A program made the position numbers and the translations under genes. Positions 28,140 to 41,004 of a stretch of 64,000 nucleotides of DNA are shown here, one piece after another (within the stretch, counting starts at the first letter, position 1; every line of letters starts with the position of its first letter). The notes beneath the pieces were generated by a model. It saw only the letters and a list, made by a program, of their open reading frames with translations, did no database searches and was not told the origin of the DNA. The stretch is from Eledone cirrhosa (Eukaryota): contig OZ024743.1 in the NCBI GenBank assembly GCA_964016885.1, positions 186,124,001-186,188,000 of the forward strand. The letters run 5' to 3'.

Positions 28140-28830
28140 TGATACTGAAGTATATTTTGAATTTTCATCATTTTCTGCTGTTGTGGAAAGCGTTGTAAAC
28201 TTAATTAGTCAAGTGTTCTCCAATTTCGAAATACACTATTCCAATGAGGAGTGGCTGTATGAAAGAGCAATCCTTGCTCCCCAAAACATCACAGTGAATG
28301 CCATCAACAAAAATCTCTCACAAGTGATCTCTGGAGCTAGCCAGACCTATAAATCTATCAATAAAGTTATCGAGGTCTCAACAGCCTGGAACAATCTGGT
28401 ATGCTGTCACACAATCTTAAATTGAAGAAGTGCACAGTCATCATGCTTCTCAGAAACCTGGATCAGCCATGATTGTGCAATGGGAGGCGTATGGTTGTAA
28501 CTGAGCTACAGCCTCACATTATCAAAGCCAAGATCTTCACTGGATGTGGTAAGAGAGAAATCACATTTATACCTAGAATGCCACTAATACCAACAGATGT
28601 CCCTTTTCATTTGAAACTATTGCAATTTCGCAGTGAGAGCCAGTTACACAATGACTATTAACATCTCCCATGGTTATCACTCGTTGTCACTCGCCATCTA
28701 GAAGAAGACTGTTTATCACATGGTCAATTGTATATAGGTTGTTCTAGAGTAGGAAGCTCCCACAAATTCTTCATATATGTTCCAAAGAAAAAAGTTAAAA
28801 ACATTGTATATACTGAAGTTCTGTAAATGT
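28140..28830 (+). mobile_element. Helitron Rep/Hel PIF1-helicase C-terminal remnant
   Basis: WLYERAILAPQN, CNGRRMVV, FIPRMPLIPTDVPFHLKLLQF, HGQLYIGCSRVG and KNIVYTEVL*, with frameshifts. Confidence 0.88.
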
Positions 28831-29416
28831 TTTATAATTTTTGTAGAATATATTTTCCTATTATTTTCTTTATTACTTTCTTTATTTAGATGCCTGATAT
28901 GAATTTTAAAAATTATTATGCAATATTTGAACATCTTTTATTTCAAGGAAAATGGGTATTATGATAGGTACCTTACAAATAGATTTGAGCACAGTACAGA
29001 TTGGGGTGAAGGCCTGTAGTGAAGTCTCTACACACTTTCCCACGATGATTTTTCTTAGTCTGTCACATATAACCACCTTAATACTGACCTATGACCTCAG
29101 AGCCCCATAACTTAGTCCTTCAACCAGAGAATGTTATCTAACGGCACCAGTTGAACGCAGGGAGAACTTTCCCTTTGGAAGATCAGTCTGCTTTTCAACT
29201 CTTTAGAACACAGTCTGCTTTCAGACTTAGCAACAGAGATGTTTCGTCCAGCTTGCAATATAACGACAAATACACCAGCATCCTCTCACCAGCCAGCCTT
29301 GCTGGGGTCGACACTAGCTGAGAAAATTTTACCAACACAGGTGAAGTGAGTTAAATATTATTGCATTTGCACACATGACACAATACAACTATTCTACATA
29401 TGTTATTTATATATAT

Positions 29417-29570
29417 ATACGCCATGCTTTCCAGCATAGTTACGTCCCTTTACGATCTGAGTTCAAATCCCGCCGAGGTTGACTTTGCCTTTCATCCTTA
29501 CGGGGTCGATAAAATAAAGTACCAGTAATGCACTGGGTAATTGCTGGCCTTGTGCCTAAAGTATAGACAG
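29417..29570 (+). mobile_element. SINE family A, 5'-truncated
   Basis: B box GAGTTCAAATCC, then GAGGTTGACTTTGCCTTTCATCC...GCTGGCCTTGTGCC. Confidence 0.8.
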
Positions 29571-29604
<34 letters not shown>

Positions 29605-29607
<3 letters not shown>

Positions 29608-29925
29608 GGGAGGGTCATGGTGCCAATAAAACACATGCACCTGTTGGTTTTTCACTTCAATTTATTACAAACTACCAGTCAGTTAGTTTAATAACTGGAT
29701 AGTTGTTTATTTGTTGTTTATCAAAACTCTTTTGTCACATATTCTGTGACCTCCTCAGTGACTAATTTGTTATTTTGTTTCTCTCCTTTGTTCTGTCGTA
29801 CACCATCTTGTTTTTGTGACCTGTGAGCTGTGCATTAACTGAATGGGAGTTTATGATAAATTGAAATAAAAATCAACATGTGCATGTGTTTTTATTGGCA
29901 GCATGACCCAAAGTATAACAATATC
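29605..29925. mobile_element. Penelope-like pseudo-LTR remnant with inverted ends
   Basis: About 60-bp inverted termini (29611-29672 vs 29847-29909); degenerate minus-strand hammerhead CTGAGGA-GGTCACA..TGTGAC-AAAA near 29728-29759. Confidence 0.5.
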
Positions 29926-30036
29926 TGTTTCAACACATGTTTTCAAATAAGAAATCTTGCGAAACAAATACAAAACCGACGTATATATATATATTGTTAT
30001 ACTTGGGGAGGATCATAGTGTTATAATATTGCCAGA

Positions 30037-30220
30037 AATAATTGTTTCTACTTTTGGCACAAGGCCAGCAATTACCCAGTACATTACTGGTACTTTATTT
30101 TAACGACCCCGTAAGGATGAAAGGCAAAGTGAACCTTGGCGAGATTTGAACTCAGACCGTAGAGGGACGTAACTATGCTGGAAAGCATGGCGTCCGACTC
30201 TCTACCGATACTGCCAGTCC
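30037..30220 (-). mobile_element. SINE family A
   Basis: Reverse complement of 29417-29570 plus the tRNA-like head (TGGCAGTATCGGTAGAG). Confidence 0.8.
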
Positions 30221-31135
30221 ACAGAACACACTCACTGTTTGTTTGATTTTGACAAAAAAACGGTTCAGTACTATACGAACGCGTCAGACAAAGATATGAC
30301 GGTAATATAGACAACATAGAAATTAAAATAATATCTAAGCATACAAATGACTCAACGTCCACCGATGCTGCCAATCCATTGCTCTTTTTCATGCCTACAT
30401 GAAAATACCTTTCAACTCCACCTTCACTATTTTGAAGGGAGAGAACTCAGTCACAACAGTCCCAACTAAATACCACAGTGTTTAGTCGTAATTGAGTTTT
30501 TTCCCTTTAAATCACTTTAATTGCACACGTTATCGATATAAATAAACGAACATTCTCGATGGTGGAATTCCAGCTGCTGTTATCAGCAGGCTAATGACTG
30601 AAATGAGAGAAAGAATAAAATAAAAAGCCATTTTTTTTTGTTACTAATTTCTGATCACAAATCTTGTGGGTATCTATGGATTTTGGTGATGACCATTACA
30701 TGCGAAGTTTTTGGTAACTGAAAGAAGTTGGATGCCGTTGCTGTTATTTTCTCAGCGCCATGTCTACGTAACACTTGTTCCTATGTTTTTCTTTTATTCC
30801 TCTTTAGTCTTGCCTTAAAGCCATCCATAAGGATGATCTTATCTACTTTTCCTATTTTAATCAATGCCTGATCTAATATCTGATAGAAGCAGTGTTTGTC
30901 CTGACTATCAGATGGCAGAGTTGGTGCATAAGTACTCAGTAATGTGACAGACACTCATCAATGCTAACCAATGTATCAGCCAGTTTAGATAGCTGACTGT
31001 TTCTCATAGCAAAGTTGACACCATGCTGGTGATGTCTACATTGGGGGCTACCCTACCAAGAAGAAGGTTTAACTCTTGCCAAACTTATGAAGAGAGACTC
31101 TTGAAGTAGCCTGTTCTCCTGAGTACTGTATTGTC

Positions 31136-31170
<35 letters not shown>

Positions 31171-32910
31171 CATCATCAAAAGTATATATTGAGTTAAAAA
31201 CTCACAATAGTCCCCTGTAATTAATATAGCTCCAGGAAAGAGTTTTCCGAGCCCTATAATATAATAAAGAGAGAAAAACACAGATATACACATATATGCG
31301 TTCAAATCATAAGGAACGTATACCGCCAGGGTGAAGAAATTACTAACTATGGATAATACGATTTGCTAAACTCAATTAAAAGGATAAATTAAAAATACAA
31401 ACTGGATTATGATAACTATCAACACCCAGACAGCTTTTGGTAGAACTGTTTCGTTAATGGTTTCTAGGAAATTTACGAATTAGCATTGGGCATTACATGC
31501 CATTTTCATTCGTAAGTAGCATATAATATTTCGTTAAAAATTTGGTTTATTTAACAGAGGACACAAGACTTACTTACTTTTAAGCAGGACCATTTTCGGA
31601 CCATTGAGGAAATGAGGAGGACCTTGAAATTTTTGTCGTCGCTCTTTTGACGCTTCGTGCTTTCATTACGTGCAAATCCGGACCCTGTGTACGTTGACGT
31701 AAAACTCACGTCTGTGATACTTCTACTAAGACCCCTTTTGTTGCACCTACATAGCAGTATGAATGCCCTGCGCAAGTACGCCGAACAGCGGTTGTGCTAA
31801 TTCCACGTATACACCAAATACACATATATATATATGTGTGTGTGTACATATAATTATATATACATATATAAATATACACACATATATACATATATAACAC
31901 ACACATCCACCCGTAAATACACATATGTTCAGCAAACGTACGTATACCAAAACCCTATGTACACATATACACTAATAACCTCTGTCATTTTTGTTCAACA
32001 AATTTATTTACATTATTCTTAACTCCGAAGCTGAGAATCATTCGGTTTCCTAAATAGATTATTAGTCCAATGACTCCATTTATACCATACACGTGGTTTT
32101 GTCTTTGCGTGTAATTGTTCTCATCTCTCCACATAACGACGTATTATCTTCGCTTTTTTCTGTTCATTGCCAGGGAACGTCTTCACGAACCAAACTATAG
32201 TCTTCCTGTTTTCCTTCAGTTGCAACGTTTTTCGAAATATTTACTTCTGCGTCCACAGATTCATTTTCTTTTAGTTTCAGAAGATCCCGTTAAGGGTGAA
32301 AGCAGCGATTCTTTGCTTAAACTTTAATCTGTTATTTTAATAAATATTTGCTCTATGGTTTTTATATATTTGATATATATATTATCCTTATTGAGCCCTC
32401 TTCGGATTTTAGTCTTCACATTTATTATTATTACTATATATATATATATATATATAGTATATATATATATACTATATATGTATATAGTATATATATACAT
32501 GTGTGTGTATATGTGTATATGCATGGGTGCATGTGTATGTATATGCGCAGGGACATAGAAATAGTCGTGCTGGACACCCGATCGCGCGGTTAAACCACTG
32601 GGAGTGAAGGACACCTACCCTTCTCAGGGCATTCTTCTAGGAGAAAGCAACTAAAGAAACTGGGATAACTCCGATATAAAACCTGCAGCTCAGTAGTTAC
32701 CGATAATGTTGATCTTTTCTTCTTTTCGGGTTATAGCTACTGTCGCTCAGAGAGTGGGATTGGCTCAGTGCACAGTCTTTCGTCACTTTAAAAAATATCT
32801 TCACGCACAGGCATTGCACGATAGAATTAATTAATTATTATTAATAATGGTATATCGTGCAATGGCCATACTCGATAACGAGGGAGCAGCCATCATATAT
32901 ATATATATAT

Positions 32911-33205
32911 CATCATCATCATCATCACCATTTTACGTCCGTTCTTTCACGCTAGCATGAGTTAGACGGGTTGTCCTGTAGTGGGCAGTGTCCAGTTGGC
33001 TGACCTTGTCTTGCTCATACTGGAACTGATTCTGGCTTGATTTCTACAGCTGGATGCCCTTCCTAACATCAACCTCATTTACAGTGAGTGCTGGGAGCTT
33101 TTTTTCCGTGGTGTCTACACGTCCACTTTACAGTGTGGGCTGGGCGCTTTTTTACAGCAGCACCTCCATGACCACTTTGCAGTGGGAGTGGGTGGGGGCA
33201 TATTA
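32911..33205 (-). mobile_element. RTE-A 3' UTR fragment with (GAT)n tail
   Basis: Diverged copy of 21661-21950. Confidence 0.88.
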
Positions 33206-33715
33206 ATATATGTATATAATATATATGATATATATGGCACCTTAATTTGAGTGGTTTTGGGCTGCCATTTCTAGCGGCTCATCCCACCCAAGCCACTGGT
33301 TTACTGTCTCATACACACATTTCCTTCTCTCTCCCACGTGTTGCAAGAGTCGTTTGGAATGTATTCACTTACCACACGCTGATGAACCTGGGTGAGTTCA
33401 ATCCAGAGACTAATTTTCTGGCGAAACAATCTCTCCGAGTTTGTACATGTGTGATATATAGTTATAATGGTGGGTTTCATCATTCTGATTTATATTTTTT
33501 ATTATAATGTATCTGTCTCACATTTCTTAGTTTATAGGTTCCATATGCTAGTAGTATTCCCTGTAACTTGATAAACACACACTCTCTCTAGTGTGTTTTC
33601 TTCTCTATATTATATTTGAAGAGCCCAGGATTCTTTTTCCTTTGAGTTCATGAATTACAGGGACTAACGCGAGTTTCTGATTCCATTACTGCATTTTGAT
33701 ACACACACACACACA

Positions 33716-33770
33716 CATATATATATGGTATATATATATATATGATATATATAAATGATATATATATATG

Positions 33771-33802
<32 letters not shown>

Positions 33803-33874
33803 ATATATATAAATATATATATATATATGGTATATATATATATATGATATATATATAAATGATATATATATATG

Positions 33875-33921
<47 letters not shown>

Positions 33922-33985
33922 TAAATATATATATATATATATGATATATATATATAATATGATATATATATATATGATATATCTA
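33716..33985. repeat. (TA)n-rich microsatellite
   Basis: Direct reading. Confidence 0.95.
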
Positions 33986-34258
33986 TCTAGGGCAGGTAAA
34001 ATTCCCGAGATCCATGGAAGAGTTCTCTCCAGCGATCTCTGTCCCTCATTATCGCTGCCATGTCCTGTGTCTCCAACAGACTAGTGTCTGTCCTTAGGGC
34101 ATCAACAAGCGTTAACCTTGGTCTTCCTCTTCCAGTGTGTCCATGCAGGAGCTCCCACAGGAGCACTGAGTGCAATGTCAACTCTGGATGTCGGTGAGCA
34201 TGTCCAACTAACCTCAGTCTCCTCTGTGTCACTTTCGAGCTGACTTTTATAGGATTTA
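33980..34258 (-). mobile_element. 3' end of a different RTE-superclade LINE (RTEX/Proto2-like)
   Basis: QRRLRLVGHAHRHPEL...LLWE...GRGRPRLTLVDALRTD...DRDRWRE, followed by a short TAGA tail; clade assignment uncertain. Confidence 0.7.
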
Positions 34259-34387
34259 TATATATATATAGGATATATATATTATATATATGTATATGAT
34301 ATATATGTATATATATATATATATATGTATATATAATATATATATATATCCTATATATATATATCCTATATATATATCCTATATATA

Positions 34388-34720
34388 TCATTTCATTTTA
34401 CGTCCGCTTTTTTCCTGCTTGCAAGGGTGGGACGGGAACTGATTCTGGCTTGATTTCTACAGCTGGATGCCCTTCCTAACACCAACCTCATTTACAGTGA
34501 GTGCTGGGTGCTTTTTTGCCGTGGCACCTCCACGACCACTTTGCAGTGGAATGATAGGGACCCCAGTCCCTATCATCTCATTTCTACAGCTGAGTAAACT
34601 GGAGCAATGTGAAATAAAGTGTCTTGCTCAAGGAAACAACACATCACCCGGTCTGAGAATTGAACTCACAACCTTTCGATTTCAAGGCCAATGCTCTAAC
34701 CACTAAGCCATGTGCCTCCA
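34388..34720 (-). mobile_element. tRNA/CORE SINE with RTE-derived tail (left arm of a head-to-head pair)
   Basis: Reverse complement of 34732-35066. Confidence 0.9.
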
Positions 34721-34731
34721 TTTATATATAT

Positions 34732-35078
34732 ATGGAAGCACATGGCTTAGTGGTTAGAGCATTGGCCTTGCAATCGAAAGGTTGTGAGTTCAATTCTCAG
34801 ACCGGGTGATGTGTTGTTTCCTTGAGCAAGACACTTTATTTCACATTGCTCCAGTTTACTCAGCTGTAGAAATGAGATGATAGGGACTGGGGTCCATATC
34901 ATTCCACTGCAAAGTGGTCGTGGAGATGCCACGGCAAAAAAAGCACCCAGCACTCACTGTAAACGAGGTTGGTGTTAGGAAGGGCATCCAGCTGTAGAAA
35001 TCAAGCCAGCACCAGTTCCCGTCCCACCCTTGCAAGCAGAGAAAAAGTGGACGTAAAATGAAATGATGATGATGATGA
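34732..35078 (+). mobile_element. tRNA/CORE SINE with RTE-derived tail (right arm)
   Basis: A box TGGCTTAGTGG, B box GAGTTCAATTC, CORE-like TCCTTGAGCAAGACACTT, then RTE-UTR-like sequence and (GAT)n. Confidence 0.9.
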
Positions 35079-35132
35079 TATATATATATAGGATATATAT
35101 ATCTATATCTATATATATATAGGATATATATA

Positions 35133-35165
<33 letters not shown>

Positions 35166-35167
35166 AT

Positions 35168-35989
35168 ACATCTCTCCTCTTCCGACCACCGCAATTGGAT
35201 TACCCACACGCGAAATTGACTTCTAACCAAATCTCCAAACATCCGTGGAACTTACCAACTTTTCAACCATCTTCTTACACCATCACCTATATAACTCACC
35301 CACACACACAGCCCCCCCAAAAATTTTTTTTATCCACACGCCACCCACACCCACAACACGCTTAAACCACACACACGTGCTTCCCACCACATATTTACAC
35401 CCTCAGCCTCCTGATTCCTCTCCCCCCACCCCCCTATCCACACACGCACAGACACTCCAACCCACAAAAACACCCCCCACACACACCTTCCTGAACATGC
35501 AACCCCGTTCTTCCCCCAACCCTCACTTTCACATACACACACACACACGCACACCTAACCACACACACCACCTTCAGCCCTCCCCGCTCGGACACCCCGT
35601 CTCCCTCTCCCCACTCCACCCGCCACCACCCCTACTCACCCACACCCTTCCACCACCTGTTTACCCCCCTTTTAATTTCAGTTTATTTTGACCATGCCTT
35701 TATTTTTAAATTTTCTCATTCCTTGTATCATGATCATGCTTTATTTGTATTTATTATATTTTTTGTCTTTATTTGTTAATTTTTCATTCGCACCGTTTCC
35801 TTTCGCTATATGTCTCTCCACCACTCCCCTACACACCTTTTGAACTCTGTTCCCACACACTTCTCACCTGAAGAAGGGCTTATGCCTGAAACGTCGTCCC
35901 CCACCTACCCCCCACTCTCCTGAGCGTGAATTTAATAAACATTTATTGTACTGCCTCTCTGTTCTGTCCCTGTTCAATTTTTCATTATA

Positions 35990-35990
<1 letters not shown>
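35168..35990 (+). mobile_element. Penelope-like element 3' region with hammerhead motif
   Basis: C/A-rich UTR; CTGAAGA-AGGGC-TTAT-GCCT-GAAA-CGTC at 35868-35895; AATAAA near 35934; ends in (TA)n. Confidence 0.65.
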
Positions 35991-36031
<41 letters not shown>

Positions 36032-36092
36032 GTGAGGTTTTTTTACAAAATGAAAAATAACCGAGGTGTCCTACACGAGTGAAAGTATAAAG

Positions 36093-36294
36093 GAAAAAAA
36101 GATGAAATCGAAAATGCAACTGGAGTCTTATTTAAAAAAAAATATATATATTTATTTAGTTCCTTTACCGGTTTCGCAGTTCTTCTGCTTTTCAAAAGTA
36201 GAGTTGAGATGGAAACCGGTAAAGGAACCAAATAAATATATATATTTTTTTAAAAATAAGACTCCAGTTGCATTTTCGATTTCATCTTTTTTTC
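36093..36294. repeat. Near-perfect palindrome (83-bp arms) of a PLE-like terminus
   Basis: 36093-36175 is the reverse complement of 36212-36294; each arm starts GAAACCGGTA, the 3' half of a hammerhead. Confidence 0.9.
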
Positions 36295-36482
36295 TATAGA
36301 AAAGCTTCTACAGGACTAGAACTGTTTCATTCATGAGAAATCATCAGGAGGCCCTGATGATTCCTCACGAATGAAACAGTTCTAGTCCTGTAGAAGCTTT
36401 TCTATATCAAAACATTTATACTCTGCTATGTATTGAGTACCTTACTTACTGTGGTTACCCCTGATTGAACCCGGAATAACTT
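36295..36482. mobile_element. PLE-like terminus with palindromic double hammerhead motif
   Basis: Arms 36295-36348 and 36353-36406, each CTGATGA...GAAACAG..CTGTA; same family at 58331-58440 and 60275-60372. Confidence 0.7.
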
Positions 36483-36503
36483 ATATATATATATATATAG
36501 AGG

Positions 36504-36534
<31 letters not shown>

Positions 36535-36561
36535 TATATATGCTACGAATTATATATGCTG

Positions 36562-39500
36562 CAAATTTTTCTGGGTGGGAAATGATGATGGGATGGGTGG
36601 TGTAGGTATACTACTAGCTGAGAAGTGGGTAGATAAAGTAATCTCAGTGTACAGGGTAAATGCAAGAATCATTAAACTCAGACTAGTCCTGAATAAAACA
36701 ATTACCACAATATTTTACAAGTCCCTAATGCACACTACTGCTCTAACAGACGACAATGACTTCCTAATCATTGCAGGAGATTTTAACGGACACGTAGGTA
36801 AACACTGCGACGGCTTCAATAGAGTACATGGAGGCCACGGGGTTGGCACAAGAAATGAGGAAGGATTCAGACTTCTAGAATTCTGCGACGCCAATGACAT
36901 GTCGATATGTAACACAAACTTTAAAAAACCCGACAACCACCTGATCACCTATAGATCAGCGGAGCACTCTAGTCAGATAGATTTTATCCTCATCAGAGGA
37001 CGTGACAGATGGACGGTCGTAAACACAAAAGCCTTCCCTAGTGAGGAATGTACATCCCAACATAGCTTAGTTGTCAGCGACCTCACAGTCAGAACTAGAC
37101 GAACCTGGAAACAGAGGCCAACCTGGAGAAGAAAGATCTGGAAGCTGAGAGACCCCTCAACCAGTAACAGATTTAAAGATATTTTACTCAACACCTACGA
37201 CAGTAAAGAAGAACAGATAGAGACATTCAATGTAGAAGAGAACTGGGAGTTCCTAAAAAATAACTTACTAGAGGCGACGGATGAGGTCTGTGGCTGGAGT
37301 AAGACCTCAAGCAGGAGGAGAGTGACTTGGTGGTGGAACAATAAGGTAGATGAGGCAGTTAAGGCCAAGAGACAGGCATGGAAAGAATGGAAGAACGGGG
37401 GGAGCAGGGTACATTGCATAGAGACCAAGAGGGAAGCTAGGCGACAAGTATACTTAGCTAGGAGGGAAGCAGAGGATAGAAAATTCAAGCATGTTTTGCA
37501 ACGTGAGGACCAGAAACAGGAGGTGTTCAAGATTGCGAGGCAGTGTGTCAGAGAGAATTGTGATGTCATTGGAGAGAAGTGTATCCGGAATGATAAAGGT
37601 GAGTTTGCCCTCACAAGTGCTGAGAAGAAAGATGCATGGAAGAGTCATTATGATAGATTACTAAATGAGGAGAATGCATGGGAAGAAAAGACCTACCCCA
37701 AGTAGACCCTATAGAGGGGCCAGCAGTACAAGTCAGCAGCAACGTGGTAAGTAAGGCAATCAAAGATATGAAGAGGGGGAAGGCAACCGGTCCATCGGGT
37801 ATAGCTGCCGAGATGCTGAAGGCATCTGGGTCTGTAGGTCACACTATAACCACACGTATTGTTAACCAGGTAATACTAGAAGGTGTCATACCAAAAGATT
37901 GGTGCAGTAGCATCATTGTCAACTGCTACAAAGGTAAAGGTGATGCACTAGATAGAGGAAACTATAGAGGTATAAAGTTGATGGACCAGGTCATGAAAGT
38001 AACAGAAAGAGTTATAGCACAGTTGATTAGGGACCGGGTGAAATTAGACGAGATGCAATTTGGGTTTGTACCAGGAAGAGGCACCACTGATGCCCTCTTC
38101 CTTGTCAAGCAGTTACAGGAAAAGTACCTAGCTAAAAGTAAGCCACTCTACCTGGCATTTGTCGACCTTGAGAAAGCCTTTGACAGAGTTCCACGTGCTG
38201 TAATCTGGTGGCCTCTTAGAAAACTAGGAGTAGATGAATGGCTTGTGAAAGCGGTACAAGCCATGTACAGGGGAGCAGTCAGCAAAGTTAGGATTAGCAG
38301 TGAGTATAGCAAGGAATTTAGCATACAGGTTGGGGTCCACCAGGGCTCTGTTCTTAGCCCTCTCCTGTTCATCATAGTCCTGCAGGCAATAACGGAGGAG
38401 TTTAAGACCGGATGCCCATGGGAACTCCTGTATGCTGATGACCTCGCACTTATAGCTGAATCTATGGTAGAACTAGAGAATAAATTCCAAACTTGGAAGC
38501 AGGGACTAGAAAGAAAGGGTCTCAAAGTCAACATGACAAAGACTAAGGTCCTTATAAGTAGACGAGAAAACAGAACCCAGATCCCCTCAGGGAAATGGCC
38601 TTGCTCAGTATGTAGGAAAGGTATAGGTAGAAACTCCATTCTCTGCCCCAAATGCAAACAATGGGTACACAAGAGATGTAGCGGGATCTCAGGAAGCTTA
38701 ATTAAGAATGTAGGCTTCACATGCAGCAGCCGTGCTGGGACAGCAAGCAGCAAACAGCCACAGGAAACAAGTACCACCAATCTCTGGTAGAAACAGTAGA
38801 AACAGTAGACAGCTTCTGCTACCTAGGTGACCGAATTAGCAGCGGAGGTAGGTGTTTAGAAAGTCCAATAACTGGGGTAAGAACGGGATGGATGAAGTTT
38901 AGGGAACTACTACCACTGCTAGCTGCAAAAGGCTTTTCCCTCAAAATGAAAGGCAGACTGTATGATGCGTGTATCCGAACAGCGATGTTGCATGGTAGTG
39001 AGACCTGGGCGCTGAAGGTGGAAGACTTACGTAAATTAGAGAGAAACGAAGCCTGCACGCTCCGATGGATGTGTAATAGTAATATACGCGAACGACAAAG
39101 CATAAGAGGAATCAAATGCTGTGTGCAGGAGAGGCGGTTGCGTTGGTATGGACATGTGATGCGTATGAAGGATGACAGTTGCATAAAAAGGTGCAGAGCA
39201 CTAGAAGTCGATGGAAACCGCAGAGTGGGGAGACCCAAGATGACCTGGGATGAGGTGATAAAAGCCGACCTTACCCAATTACACCTCTCAAAGGCGATGA
39301 CACACGACCGTGACCTCTGGCGTCACGCAGTAATACAGAATACCCGACCTCCCATGGGTACAAGCTGAAGCATATAGACAATATGCCCCCACACCCCCCA
39401 CTGGAAGGTGGTCGTGGAGGTGCCACGGCAAAAAAGCACCCAGCCCACACTGTAAAGTGGACGTGTAGGCGCCACGAAAAAGCACCCAACACTCACTGTA

Positions 39501-39669
39501 AATGAGGTTGGTGTTAGGAAGGGCATCCAGCTGTAGAAATCAAGCCAAATCAGTTCCTATATGAGCAAGGCATGGTCAGCCGACCAGACACTGCCCACAA
39601 CAGGACAACCCGTCTAACCCATGCTAACATGGAAGAACGGACGTAAAACGGTGATGATGATGATGATGA
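36562..39669 (+). mobile_element. RTE-A (BovB-like) LINE, 5'-truncated, two frameshifts and small deletions
   Basis: ORFs 36575-37705 (APE endonuclease), 37678-38790 ([27 protein letters not shown]) and 38721-39368; 3' UTR ends GGACGTAAAACGGT(GAT)n. Confidence 0.96.
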
Positions 39670-39875
39670 TATATATTATATATAGTAATAATAATAATAA
39701 AATTTGAAGACTAAAATTCAAAGAGGGCTCGATAAGGATAAATATATATCAAATATATAAGAACCGTAGAGCAAATATTTATTAAAATAACAGATTAAAG
39801 TTTAAGCAAAGAATCGTTGCTTTCACCCTTACAATGATATTAAATAAATGGAAACCATATATGTAAAACCATATT

Positions 39876-39939
39876 TATTTTATTATATATATTTCAAGGG
39901 TGCCAAGACAACATTGGCACGCTTTCATCAGATAAAATA
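39876..39939 (-). ncRNA. Type I hammerhead ribozyme, apparently intact (PLE-associated)
   Basis: UAUUUUAU-CUGAUGA-AAGcGUGCCAA(uguuguc)UUGGCACcCUU-GAAA-UAUAUA-UA/AUAAAAUA: 8-bp stem I, 10-bp stem II, palindromic stem III, full core. Confidence 0.8.
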
Positions 39940-40323
39940 CAAAGTTTGTTTTATAAATAGAGACATACCCATGAAAATCATACCTTATCAGTTGGAAATT
40001 CACTGGATAGTGGAAATATATTAGGGATTTTTCAAACTTATGTGTGAATATGCAAATGAATATGTAAATAATTGAAAAACAACCGTTTATTTAAACGACT
40101 ATGGAGAGAGAGAGAAGAAGATAAGAGGAGAAGGATAAAAGAAGAGATAAGAGAAGGATAAAAAATAGTGCGAGAGAGAGAGAAGAAATAAGAGAAGATG
40201 AATAAAACTCATACAACGTTAATTTTGGGGAAATATATTCAAAGTATATATCTTAATAGTACATGTATTTACGATTATTAGTTGTTTAAAATTTGTTTAT
40301 AATATAATATTTTCTGTTATAAG

Positions 40324-40354
<31 letters not shown>

Positions 40355-41004
40355 ATAGATGGGTATATCATGTTATAGATAATTGTTCTAATGAGTTATG
40401 AGGGATATTGGTTTTGTATTTAATGTAAATAAATATTAAGTTAAATTAAATTAAATTAACTGAGTTAATAAGAATATTTATATTTATATGATTTAAAATG
40501 GGAAGATACAGAACAACTCCGGTTTAATTTATATATTCGTTAGTGTGAGACTATTTAGTCAAAATAAGTATAAATGTTGAAAGATACATTTAGCCAGAAT
40601 CAGTTAGTGGTTATAAATCTATTGAAAAATATTGAAGAAATATTGATAAAGTATTGAAAAAATATTGAAAAAGTATTGAAAAAATATTGAAAAATTTGAG
40701 AAAATTAAAAAAAAAAATATGAGGTAAGTAATTTTTAAAGAAATAAAAATTAAAGAAATAAAAATAAAAATAAAGAAATAAAAATTATTAAAATTAAAAT
40801 AAAAATAAAAAAAAAAAAAAAATAAAAATAAAAAAAAAATTAGAATTATATACGTATATATTTTATGAAACTTTAAGAAGTGGAATTATAGCAAATGTTA
40901 TAGATATTATGATTTAGAGATATCAATATATTAAAACCACATATATTCTGAAACTACATTGCCCAGGGTACTTGGATAAATATATTTCATTTTAATCAAA
41001 GGGT

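Noticed and set aside
32545-32825. Relatively GC-rich island, possibly a LINE 5' UTR or structured RNA
   Set aside because: No second copy, ORF or diagnostic motif in the window; cannot be supported.
35245-35691. Pro/His/Thr-rich 148-aa ORF
   Set aside because: Low-complexity C/A-rich UTR of the Penelope-like remnant.
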